Source: Phascolarctobacterium succinatutens (GTDB lineage Bacteria; Bacillota; Clostridia; Christensenellales; CAG-917). From it: a DNA stretch of 64,000 nt. Within the stretch, counting starts at the first letter, position 1, and each line of letters starts with the position of its first letter. Both the position numbers and the translations under genes were made by a program. This document shows, in pieces, positions 47,290 to 55,336 of this stretch. The stretch is taken from the NCBI GenBank assembly GCA_963593735.1, contig CAVBBF010000001.1:9569-73568 (forward strand), in the 5' to 3' direction. A model generated the notes under the pieces. That model was not told the DNA's origin. It did no database searches and saw only the letters and a list, made by a program, of their open reading frames with translations.

Positions 47290-47554
47290 GGAACACGAGC
47301 CGCAGCGGCGGCGAGCCTATGAGCGCCGAACTTGACGAACAGTACAAGCGACTACGCCGTCCGTTGGCCACTGCCTGGCGCACAAAGCGCAGTGGCATAA
47401 TGAGAGAAATGCCCCCTATCTATGTGAGTGCCGACTTCCCCTCTTGCGAACGATGCGTGTTTTTGTAGAGAAATGACGTTAGTTTGAGCAATAGGGGAAA
47501 GCCCGAAGGGAAGGGGTGATGTGTTATTTTAAGAGTACACGCCGTGCACTCTTT
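47290..47554 (+). repeat. LE core, copy 3
   Basis: GGAACACGAGCCGCAGCGGCGGCGAGCCTATGAGCGCCGAACTTGACGAACAGTACAAGCGACTACGCC..GCCACTGCCTGGCGCACAAAGCGCAGTGGCATAATGAGAGAAATGCC..CAATAGGGGAAAGCCCGAAGGGAAGGGGTGATGTG. Confidence 0.85.
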
Positions 47555-47658
47555 TATTAACTAAACACTTTTATTGTGCCAAACAGATGAAGAACAAGGA
47601 AACACCCTTTTGCAAATCCGCCCAGCGTACTTATGCGTACGCTTTTTTATTACCAATA

Positions 47659-47787
47659 CTTTTATGGCATAAGTGAGATGAATGACGCGAAAAAACCCTG
47701 ATTTTGACAACCCTAATTTACTAATCGTAAATGAGTTGGCAAAATCAGGGCGTTGACAAAGTCAGTCGCTCACTTATGCCATAAAAG
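47659..47787 (+). repeat. HP repeat, copy 7 (orphan, not next to a stop codon)
   Basis: S1 is 19 bp perfect, CTTTTATGGCATAAGTGAG/CTCACTTATGCCATAAAAG. GAATGAC:GTCAGTC replaces GAAGAAC:GTTATTC. S2 CCCTGATTTT/AAAATCAGGG. The apex is as in copy 1. A truncated copy lies at 47577-47641. Confidence 0.9.
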
Positions 47788-48210
47788 CGCAAACGACCTC
47801 GGGTGAACACCCAAAGCCGCTTGCTATGATAAGGGGGAAAATTATGAGCTGTTTGATTTGTAATCCGTTTGTCTCTTGATTACATTGACATATTAGCACC
47901 GAAAAAATAGTTCGTCAAGGGGTTTTTGTAAATTTTTTTTATTTTTTTTGATTTTTTTACAAAATTTCTAACAAAAGTGCAAAATAAAATTCATTGCGAA
48001 TGCAAGATTTGTAGATTTTTTTGCAAAACATGCACCAAAAAAGCGCAAAAATAAGCCGTGCCGATTGACATTAGAATGCCGATTTTAGTAAAATCGGCAT
48101 TCTAAACGGGCGTTTTGTTTTTGACACGGCAATTACTTTAAAAATCATTAATTTTTCGTGATTCTAACACTGTTAAACACAAAATAAAAGGTTTTTTCGA
48201 ATTTTTGCCG

Positions 48211-48247
48211 CAAACAAAAGAAAAACTCGCCTGCAAAAGCAAGCGAG
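48211..48247 (-). terminator. mnmG terminator
   Basis: On the minus strand: CTCGCTTGC tttt GCAGGCGAG followed by TTTTTCTTTTGTTTG, 20 nt after the stop. Confidence 0.8.
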
Positions 48248-48267
48248 CGGAAAATCAAGTTTGTTTT

Positions 48268-50100
48268 TCAGCGCAATGCGACAATCAAGACGGCAACGTC
48301 GGCAGGCGACACACCGGATATGCGCGAGGCTTGACCGAGATTGAGGGGGCGTATTTCGGACAATTTTTGTCTTGCCTCGATGCGCAACGCTTTTATGGAC
48401 TCATAATCGAAGTCTTTTGGGATAAGTTTGTTTTCGAGTCGCTTTTGTTCGTTCACGGCGGCTTGCTCTTTTTTGAGATAGCCCTCGTATTTCAACTCCA
48501 CGACCGCCGCCGACAACGCTTCGTCGTCGCACGGAAAATCGACAAACTCTCTCACGTCCGCATAAGATACGGCAGGTCGTCTGCATATCTCGCCGAGCGT
48601 GGGCGTTTTTTGCGGCGTTTCTTCACCGAGAGCCGCAAAGAGTTCGTCAACCTTTTCTCTCGGCATGGTCTTTTGCGACATAGCAAGCACTTTTTGAATC
48701 ATCTCTTTCTTTTCGAGATAGCGAGCGTAGCGCTTGTCGTCCACAAGTCCTATTTCTCTGCCTACAGGCGTAAGGCGCATATCCGCATTGTCTTGGCGGA
48801 GCATAATTCTATGTTCTGCGCGCGCGGTCATCATACGATAGGGTTCGTTTGTGCCTTTGGTCACGAGGTCGTCGATAAGCACGCCTATATACGCTTCGTC
48901 GCGACCGAGAACGAGCGACTCTTTTCCGTCAATCTTGCGCGCGGCGTTTATTCCTGCGATAAGTCCTTGCGCCGCAGCCTCTTCGTATCCGCTACTTCCG
49001 TTCATCTGCCCTGCCGAGAACAAGCCTTCGACGGCTTTGTTTTCAAGCGACGGATACATTCCGAGCGGGTCGAGACAGTCGTACTCGATTGCATATCCGT
49101 ACTTTGCGAATCTGCAATTTTCAAGCCCGGGCAAAGTGCGATACATCTTCTCTTGCACGTCGTGCGGCAAAGACGTTGACATACCCTGTATATACATTTC
49201 CTCGCTGTTTGCGCCTTCGGGTTCGACGAAAATCTGGTGGCGTTCCTTGTCCTTGAAACGCATAACTTTTGTTTCTATGGACGGGCAATAGCGAGGACCT
49301 ACCGACAAAATCGTGCCGTTGTAAAGCGGACTTCTATCTATATTGTCAAGTATGATTTTGTGCGTTTGCGCGTTGGTGTAAGTGAGATAGCACGGCTCTT
49401 CTTCAAACGTTGAGTGCGGCGACATAAAAGAAAACCTGTCGCTGTCGTCGCCGAGTTGAATTTCCATTTTGGAAAAGTCTATACTGTCGCGATATATTCT
49501 CGCCGGCGTTCCCGTCTTGAATCTGCGCATAGGTACGCCGAGTTTCACAAGGCTGTCGTTGAGACTATTCGCCGCGCGGAATCCGCTCGGACCGCTCTTT
49601 TTGACGTAATCGCCTATGATTATCGCCCCGTTGAGATATACGCCCGTTGCAAGCACGACGGCTTTGCACTCGAACTTTTCACCGTCCGTCGTGGCAACGC
49701 CCTCGACTTTACCGTCTTTGCAAATAACCTCGCTCGCCTCTTTGTCGAGAACGGTGAGATTGTCGGTGTTTTTCACCACGTCGAGCATAATCTCGTGATA
49801 CAGAGCCTTGTCCTCTTGTCCGCGAAGAGAAAACACGGCAGGACCTTTTGCCGAATTGAGCGTCTTGATTTGCAAAAGCGCTTTGTCTGCCGAAAGTCCC
49901 ATTTGTCCGCCGAGCGCGTCTACCTCTTTGACGAGATGTCCCTTTGCCGTACCGCCGATTGCAGGATTGCAAGGCATAAAAGAAACCGTGCCGTAATCGA
50001 GGCACAACATCAGCGTTTTTTTATTGAGTCTTGCGCTTGCAAGCGCGGCTTCCACACCTGCGTGTCCGCCGCCTATGACGATAACGTCAAACTTTTCCAT
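48268..50100 (-). CDS. mnmG: tRNA uridine 5-carboxymethylaminomethyl modification enzyme MnmG
   Basis: 610 aa. VIVIGGGHAGVEAA FAD fold. Conserved mnmE-mnmG order. Confidence 0.95.
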   Translation of the reverse strand: MEKFDVIVIGGGHAGVEAALASARLNKKTLMLCLDYGTVSFMPCNPAIGGTAKGHLVKEVDALGGQMGLSADKALLQIKTLNSAKGPAVFSLRGQEDKALYHEIMLDVVKNTDNLTVLDKEASEVICKDGKVEGVATTDGEKFECKAVVLATGVYLNGAIIIGDYVKKSGPSGFRAANSLNDSLVKLGVPMRRFKTGTPARIYRDSIDFSKMEIQLGDDSDRFSFMSPHSTFEEEPCYLTYTNAQTHKIILDNIDRSPLYNGTILSVGPRYCPSIETKVMRFKDKERHQIFVEPEGANSEEMYIQGMSTSLPHDVQEKMYRTLPGLENCRFAKYGYAIEYDCLDPLGMYPSLENKAVEGLFSAGQMNGSSGYEEAAAQGLIAGINAARKIDGKESLVLGRDEAYIGVLIDDLVTKGTNEPYRMMTARAEHRIMLRQDNADMRLTPVGREIGLVDDKRYARYLEKKEMIQKVLAMSQKTMPREKVDELFAALGEETPQKTPTLGEICRRPAVSYADVREFVDFPCDDEALSAAVVELKYEGYLKKEQAAVNEQKRLENKLIPKDFDYESIKALRIEARQKLSEIRPLNLGQASRISGVSPADVAVLIVALR

Positions 50101-50217
50101 ATCGGTCTATGTCGTATCTTTAATTCTATTCTTTTGCGTTTATATCGTTTATATAAATCGTATGTAACTTTATACGTTTTATATAATTGTTCCCTTATTT
50201 TGCGTTTGTTTTGCGGT

Positions 50218-51603
50218 TTACTTTCCTACGCAGAATTTTGAAAAGATGCTATTCACAACGTCTTGCGTTGCGGTCTTGCCGGTTATCTCGCCGAGTGCGT
50301 CGTATGCCCTTCTCAAATCTATAAGCGTGCAGTCGATTGTGTCGTCAAGTGACGAAATCGCGCATTCAAGTGCCGTTTTTGCTTCGTAAAGTGCCGAAAC
50401 GTGCCTTTCGGATGTGATTATCTCGCCGTCGCCGACCTTGCTTTGCTTGTACAAAGCGGCTATTGCGTACACCAACTCGTCCACCCCCTCGCCCGTCTTT
50501 GCGCTTATCTTAAATTCGTTTTCGCCGCACTTTTTGTCAAAATGCGAAACGTCGCATTTGTTGTAAACCTCAAATACGGTCTTGCCGGAAAAATCCCATT
50601 CCTTATCGTCGGGGGCGGTTGTGTCCACGACGTGCAATATTACATCCGCACCCTCGAACGCGCGTTTTGCCCTTTCGATTCCCTTTGTCTCGACGATATC
50701 GTCGCTCTCGCGTATACCCGCCGTATCGACGAGATTTATCTTCACGCCGTCGCACTCGAAACTGTCCTCGACCGTGTCGCGAGTGGTTCCGGCAACGTCG
50801 GTTACGATTGCCCTGTCCTCTTTGAGCAGCGCGTTCATAAGCGAGGATTTGCCTGCGTTGGTGTTGCCTGCAAGCGCAACGTTTATGCCGTGTTTTGCAA
50901 TGCGTCCGCTCTTTGCGGTGGATATAAGTTTGTTTACGTCGTCGAGAATTTCGTTTACCGAATCTGGTAAGGACGGCAAAACCTCGTCTTCCATTTCGTC
51001 GGGATAATCGAGAGTCGCTTCGAGCGTTGCAATAAGCACGCCGAGTTTTTCGAGGATTGCGTCGATACACTTGGACACGTTGCCCTGCATAAGCCTGTAC
51101 GCCGCCTTTACGCCCGCCACGCTCTGTGCGTTTATCATATCGATGACTCCCTCTGCGTCGGCAAGCGAGAGCCGTCCGTTGAGGAAAGCGCGCTTGGTAA
51201 ACTCGCCGTTTTTTGCCATAACCGCGCCGCCGCGCAAGAGTGCGTCGAGCGCGCCCTGCATTATGCGAACGCCGCCGTGCAAATAAAACTCAACCGTATC
51301 TTCGCCTGTATACGAGCGTCCCTTTGGAAAATAAACGGCGTATCCCTTGTCGCAAAACTCGCCTGCGTCAAATACGCCGTAATTCATATAAAACGGCACC
51401 CACACTTGGCGAAGCCCTTTTTCTTGCTCGACGTCGATTTTGTTTTGCTCGTCGCCGCAAGCGGAAAGAACGCCTTTAGAGGCGTTTTTGCGTGAAAAAG
51501 AGAAAATGGCATCGGCGATGCGAAGCGCGTCCTCGCCGGACACGCGCACTATGCCGATACCACCTGCACCTATCGGTGATGAAATTGCCGCTATCGTACT
51601 CAT
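50218..51603 (-). CDS. mnmE: tRNA modification GTPase MnmE
   Basis: ATG at 51603 (MSTIAAISSPIG...) with an AAGGAAG RBS. G1 GNTNAGKSSLMNAL. C-terminal FCVGK. Confidence 0.95.
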   Translation of the reverse strand: MSTIAAISSPIGAGGIGIVRVSGEDALRIADAIFSFSRKNASKGVLSACGDEQNKIDVEQEKGLRQVWVPFYMNYGVFDAGEFCDKGYAVYFPKGRSYTGEDTVEFYLHGGVRIMQGALDALLRGGAVMAKNGEFTKRAFLNGRLSLADAEGVIDMINAQSVAGVKAAYRLMQGNVSKCIDAILEKLGVLIATLEATLDYPDEMEDEVLPSLPDSVNEILDDVNKLISTAKSGRIAKHGINVALAGNTNAGKSSLMNALLKEDRAIVTDVAGTTRDTVEDSFECDGVKINLVDTAGIRESDDIVETKGIERAKRAFEGADVILHVVDTTAPDDKEWDFSGKTVFEVYNKCDVSHFDKKCGENEFKISAKTGEGVDELVYAIAALYKQSKVGDGEIITSERHVSALYEAKTALECAISSLDDTIDCTLIDLRRAYDALGEITGKTATQDVVNSIFSKFCVGK

Positions 51604-51628
51604 TATTTTCTTCCTTTCGGAATGATTG

Positions 51629-52501
51629 TCAGAATTTCTTTTTACCGCCGAAACTCTTGAATTTGGGCGGTCCGGATTGCGCAACGGGTTTTACGAAATC
51701 GTCTTGCTCGGTAAAATATCCGCGATATACTCTGCCGTCCGGCGCTTCGGGTTCTTCCTCTCTGGGCTTGCGCTCACGAGTATCCTTTCTGTTTCTCACG
51801 TCTCTATGGTCGCCTTTGCGAGAATCCTTGCGGTCTCTCTTGCCGTCCTTTCTCGGCTCTCTCTCGCCGTTCTTGATGGGACGCTGGTCTTTGAGTTCCA
51901 CACCCTTCGGGATGATGACGATATAGCGATTGGGTTCTTCGCCCTCGCTTTCGGTGTCCGCAATATCGCTGTCCGCAAGCGCGCTGTGAATGATTCTTCT
52001 TTCAAACGGATTCATAGGTTCGAGAGCGATTTTTCTTTGCAAACGCACGGCTTTTTGCGCAAGTTTGAGAGCGAGCGCCGAAAGGGTTTCTTTGCGTTTT
52101 TCGCGGTAGTTTTCGCAATCGACAACGACTTTTTTGAAGTCGCATTTCTGCTCATTGAGGAAGGTGAGCGCAAGATACTGAAAAGCGTCGAGCGCTTCGC
52201 CTCTGTATCCGATTGCGATGCCGCTGTCGTCGCCCGCAATCGTGATGTAGAGCGTGCCGTTTTTGTCTTCTACGCTCGCGCGGGATACGAGTCCCATACG
52301 AGAAAGCGTACCGTTGAAAAATTCCGCCATTTTGTCGGCGATTGAATCCTTGAGGGTGACTCTGACTTTCGCCTTGGAAAAGAGTCCACCCTTCGAGATG
52401 ACTTCAACGTCAACTTTGTCTTTTGATACACCGAGTTCCACCAACGCCTTCTCTACTGCGAGATCGACGGATGAAGCCTGTGTTTCTATCGATTTTTCCA
52501 T
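51629..52501 (-). CDS. jag: RNA-binding protein Jag/KhpB (Jag-N, KH, R3H) with a charged C-terminal tail
   Basis: Position between yidC and mnmE. R3H block ERRIIHSALAD. The ~90 aa Arg/Lys/Asp/Glu-rich C-terminal extension is unusual. Confidence 0.85.
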   Translation of the reverse strand: MEKSIETQASSVDLAVEKALVELGVSKDKVDVEVISKGGLFSKAKVRVTLKDSIADKMAEFFNGTLSRMGLVSRASVEDKNGTLYITIAGDDSGIAIGYRGEALDAFQYLALTFLNEQKCDFKKVVVDCENYREKRKETLSALALKLAQKAVRLQRKIALEPMNPFERRIIHSALADSDIADTESEGEEPNRYIVIIPKGVELKDQRPIKNGEREPRKDGKRDRKDSRKGDHRDVRNRKDTRERKPREEEPEAPDGRVYRGYFTEQDDFVKPVAQSGPPKFKSFGGKKKF

Positions 52502-52509
52502 TTTATCTC

Positions 52510-53754
52510 CTATCTTTTTGCAACTCCGCTCGCGCCTTCTCTGCTCTTATCGACGAGTTTTGCGATAAGGTTGAAGGTGAGTTGGAACAGAATCGCGCAT
52601 AACGAACTTGTGAACATATAAAGCGCGAACGCACCCGAATAGAACAGTGCGAACACACCCATCATGATGGGCATAACGTACTGCATCATCTTCATAGACT
52701 GTTGTTGCGCTTTGGCTTTTTCCGCGCCCTCGCCTTGTGCGTCCTGTGCGGGAGCAGGGGGTTGCGCTTGCGAGCCCGAAAGCAATTTTGTGGAAAGAAA
52801 ACTGAGCGCTATGGACAACACGGGAAGGATGAGCAAGCCGTTCCATTTGCCGTCTTTGCCGTAGCCGCCCGTTCCGAGCACGTCCGACATAACGTCGTTG
52901 TATTCGTCGATGGTGATGCCGGTGAGTTTGGACGTTGCCATTCCCTTTTGCCCGGTGACAGTCGCAAAGTCGGGAACTGCTTGCGCCCAGTTGTCCGAAA
53001 CAAAAATGTTTTTAATCCAAAGGAAACTTCTTATCTTGACTTGGTCTTTGGAATAATAGACTTCGTAAACGGCGTGTTGAGCGTTTTTCTTTGCCTTTGC
53101 ATAAAATTCCGCGCCTGCTTCGGTCTTTGCAACGTCGTCGATGTCATATTTGCCGTCGTTGTTGTCGATGATAAATTCCTCTTCTTTATTTTGCTCGATT
53201 TGCTCGGAAATAGACGCGTTGTAGGTCTTTACGCACTCTTTGTAGTCCTTTGCGAACTGATAGCCGACCATTTGTCTGAATCCTGCGAACACGACGAAGA
53301 ACACGACGAAAGTCACGATTGTGGGCAAACACATTCCCATCGTGGAATACTTCTCTTTTTTGTAAAGAGCCATTTGCTCTTGTTGCAGTCTTTGCTTGTC
53401 GTCGGCGTATCTTGCCTGCAAAACTTCAAGTTGCGGCTTCATACGCTCCATCGCCTTGTTGTTCTTTCTTGCGATGACCTTTTGCCAAATGTCGAGCGGC
53501 GAAAGGATAAGACGCAATACGACCGTAAACAAAACGACCGTCCAACCAAAACTCGCAACGCCGCCGCCGAGAGCATTGTTGATGACAATCATAAATCTTG
53601 CCATAAAGTGGGTCGGTTCGCTCACGGTGTCGCCTGCAACACTGTAAGAGTTGTCGCTGTTGCACGCAACCAGAATGCAGCACAAAATCGCGAGCATCGC
53701 CGCGATGAGATATATCTGCAATTTCCGCCTGCGCGGATAACTCATATTAACCAT
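52510..53754 (-). CDS. yidC: Membrane protein insertase YidC (lipoprotein type)
   Basis: Lipobox CCILVACNS, multi-TM Oxa1-type core, basic C-terminus. The alternative ATG at 53745 overlaps the yidD stop. Confidence 0.9.
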   Translation of the reverse strand: MVNMSYPRRRKLQIYLIAAMLAILCCILVACNSDNSYSVAGDTVSEPTHFMARFMIVINNALGGGVASFGWTVVLFTVVLRLILSPLDIWQKVIARKNNKAMERMKPQLEVLQARYADDKQRLQQEQMALYKKEKYSTMGMCLPTIVTFVVFFVVFAGFRQMVGYQFAKDYKECVKTYNASISEQIEQNKEEEFIIDNNDGKYDIDDVAKTEAGAEFYAKAKKNAQHAVYEVYYSKDQVKIRSFLWIKNIFVSDNWAQAVPDFATVTGQKGMATSKLTGITIDEYNDVMSDVLGTGGYGKDGKWNGLLILPVLSIALSFLSTKLLSGSQAQPPAPAQDAQGEGAEKAKAQQQSMKMMQYVMPIMMGVFALFYSGAFALYMFTSSLCAILFQLTFNLIAKLVDKSREGASGVAKR

Positions 53755-53987
53755 TTAGTTTTTCCTCGATAGTTCTCTCTGACGGGGTCGAAACCGCCTT
53801 TTGCAAACGGGGTGCATCTCAAAAGCCTCTCGATTGTCAAAGCAATCCCCAAAAGCGCGCCGTACTTGCTTATGGCATCGTACGAATACATCGAACACGT
53901 CGGAGTGTATGCGCAACGGTTGCCCGTTATCGGCGAAAGCGTGCGCTTGTACAAAAGCAGCAAAAACAAACAAAATTTCTTTATCAT
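53742..53987 (-). CDS. yidD: Membrane protein insertion efficiency factor YidD
   Basis: 81 aa. CAYTPTCSMY motif. Confidence 0.9.
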   Translation of the reverse strand: MIKKFCLFLLLLYKRTLSPITGNRCAYTPTCSMYSYDAISKYGALLGIALTIERLLRCTPFAKGGFDPVRENYRGKTKWLI

Positions 53988-54316
53988 TTGAGTTTCCCCG
54001 CTCTTGAAAACGCCTGTTCAACCGACTTCGACACCGAGAAAAAATCTTTCTCGGCAATGGACGGATACGCCACAATAACGTACATAAATCCGTCGTCGAT
54101 TCTGTCCGTAAGCGGCTTTATCGCCTCTCTAAGCAACCTCTTGACGCGGTTGCGAGTGACGGCATTGCCCACTTTTTTGGATACGGACAACCCTATTTTC
54201 AATCCTTCTTTGGATTTTGCGCTCAAAAGCAACAAGTCCCTTGCAGAGGCTTTTTCGCCTTTGCGGTAAACGTAGGCAAACGCCGCTCTCTTTTTGAGTC
54301 TGAATTGCTTTTGCAT
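53984..54316 (-). CDS. rnpA: Ribonuclease P protein component
   Basis: 110 aa basic protein. GNAVTRNRVKRLLRE motif. Directly downstream of rpmH. Confidence 0.9.
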   Translation of the reverse strand: MQKQFRLKKRAAFAYVYRKGEKASARDLLLLSAKSKEGLKIGLSVSKKVGNAVTRNRVKRLLREAIKPLTDRIDDGFMYVIVAYPSIAEKDFFSVSKSVEQAFSRAGKLK

Positions 54317-54329
54317 TTCGGATTACGCC

Positions 54330-54464
54330 TTATGCGCTAAGTTTCTTTCTGCCTCTGTTGCGACGTCTTTTGAGAACGTTTCTGCCGCTCTTGGTGGACA
54401 TTCTCTCACGGAAGCCGTGAACTTTGCTTCTTTGTCTTTTCTTGGGTTGGTAGGTTTGTTTCAT
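54330..54464 (-). CDS. rpmH: 50S ribosomal protein L34
   Basis: Not in the ORF track (44 aa). Translates [53 protein letters not shown] and a consensus promoter lie upstream. Confidence 0.95.
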   Translation of the reverse strand: MKQTYQPKKRQRSKVHGFRERMSTKSGRNVLKRRRNRGRKKLSA

Positions 54465-54537
54465 ACTGATATCCCTCCGTCTTTTAAGGACTTTTATTTT
54501 TGCTATCTATTATAAATAAATATATAAATGCTAAACC

Positions 54538-54566
54538 ATTATAAAAAAAAGAAGCAGTCGTGTCAA
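54538..54566 (-). promoter_or_regulatory. rpmH operon promoter
   Basis: On the minus strand: perfect consensus TTGACA (54566-54561), 17 nt, TATAAT (54543-54538), ~70 nt upstream of the rpmH ATG. Confidence 0.8.
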
Positions 54567-54585
54567 GCGAAAGGGGGAATATGAG

Positions 54586-54641
54586 AAATTAATAATGAAT
54601 AATTAATAATTAATAATTGCGGGTGGGCTTTGCCCACACCC
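54586..54641 (+). repeat. A/T box plus GC hairpin, copy 4
   Basis: AAATTAATAATGAATAATTAATAATTAATAATT (internally permuted) is followed by GCGGGTGGGC ttt GCCCACACCC. Lies ~20 nt upstream of the -35 of the rpmH promoter on the opposite strand. Confidence 0.9.
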
Positions 54642-54791
54642 AAACGAACACTTATTCGTAGCCTACTTATTAACGGTATGTGCTAATTCGCAGACGAGAT
54701 GAAAACCGCCGTCCGCGAACTTGCAGAGTGGACTTTCTAACGAACACTTATTCGAAGTTTACTTATAAACGGTATGTGTTTATTCGAAGAC

Positions 54792-55054
54792 GGAACACGA
54801 GCCGCAAGGCGGCGAGCCTATGAGCGCCGAGCTGGACGATTTGTACGAGAATGCGTGGCATTCCGTTGCGAAGCCGCCACGCAGGCGAAGTGGCATAATG
54901 AGTGAAATGCGCCTATCTATGCGAGTGCCGATTTCCCCTCTTGCGAACGATGTGCAATCTTGTAGAGAATTGACGTTTGTTTGAGCAATAGGGGAAAGCC
55001 CGAAGGGAAGGGGTGATGTGTGATTTAAAGTACACGCCGTACACTCTTGTAGAG
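54792..55054 (+). repeat. LE core, copy 4
   Basis: GGAACACGAGCCGCAAGGCGGCGAGCCTATGAGCGCCGAGCTGGACGATTTGTACGAG..GTGGCATAATGAGTGAAATGCGCCTATCTATGCGAGTGCCG..CAATAGGGGAAAGCCCGAAGGGAAGGGGTGATGTG..CTTGTAGAG. Confidence 0.85.
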
Positions 55055-55217
55055 AAAGAAAAACGCCCTTCTTTTTTCGAGAGGGGTGTTAACACAGTTA
55101 TTCGCTCAATAGCGACATTACATATGTGAGTGCGCCAAACAGATGTATAACAAGAAAGACACGACTTGAATCAAAACCCAGTGTACATAGTCGTACACGA
55201 TTACACAAAAACAATGT

Positions 55218-55336
55218 AAGCCGATATTGAGATGAAGAACAAGGAAACGCCCTCTTGCGAACCCGCCCAGCGTACTATTCGTACGTGACGGGTGAACAAA
55301 AGGGCGTTGACGATGTTATTCGCTCAATAGCGGCTT
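55218..55336 (+). repeat. HP repeat, copy 8
   Basis: S1 AAGCCGATATTGAG/CTCAATAGCGGCTT, S2 ACGCCCTCTTG/CAAAAGGGCGT (one C:A), apex ACCCG CCCA GCGTAC tattc GTACGT GA CGGGT. Its end overlaps the argS stop codon. Partial copies lie at 55051-55115 and 55128-55202. Confidence 0.9.

Noticed and set aside
47880-48210. oriC in the AT-rich spacer near mnmG.
   Set aside because: Only one weak DnaA-box-like 9-mer (TTAAACACA, 7/9) was seen, with no cluster. The region lies at the 3' end of mnmG rather than upstream of it. Full-chromosome skew analysis would be needed to revisit this.
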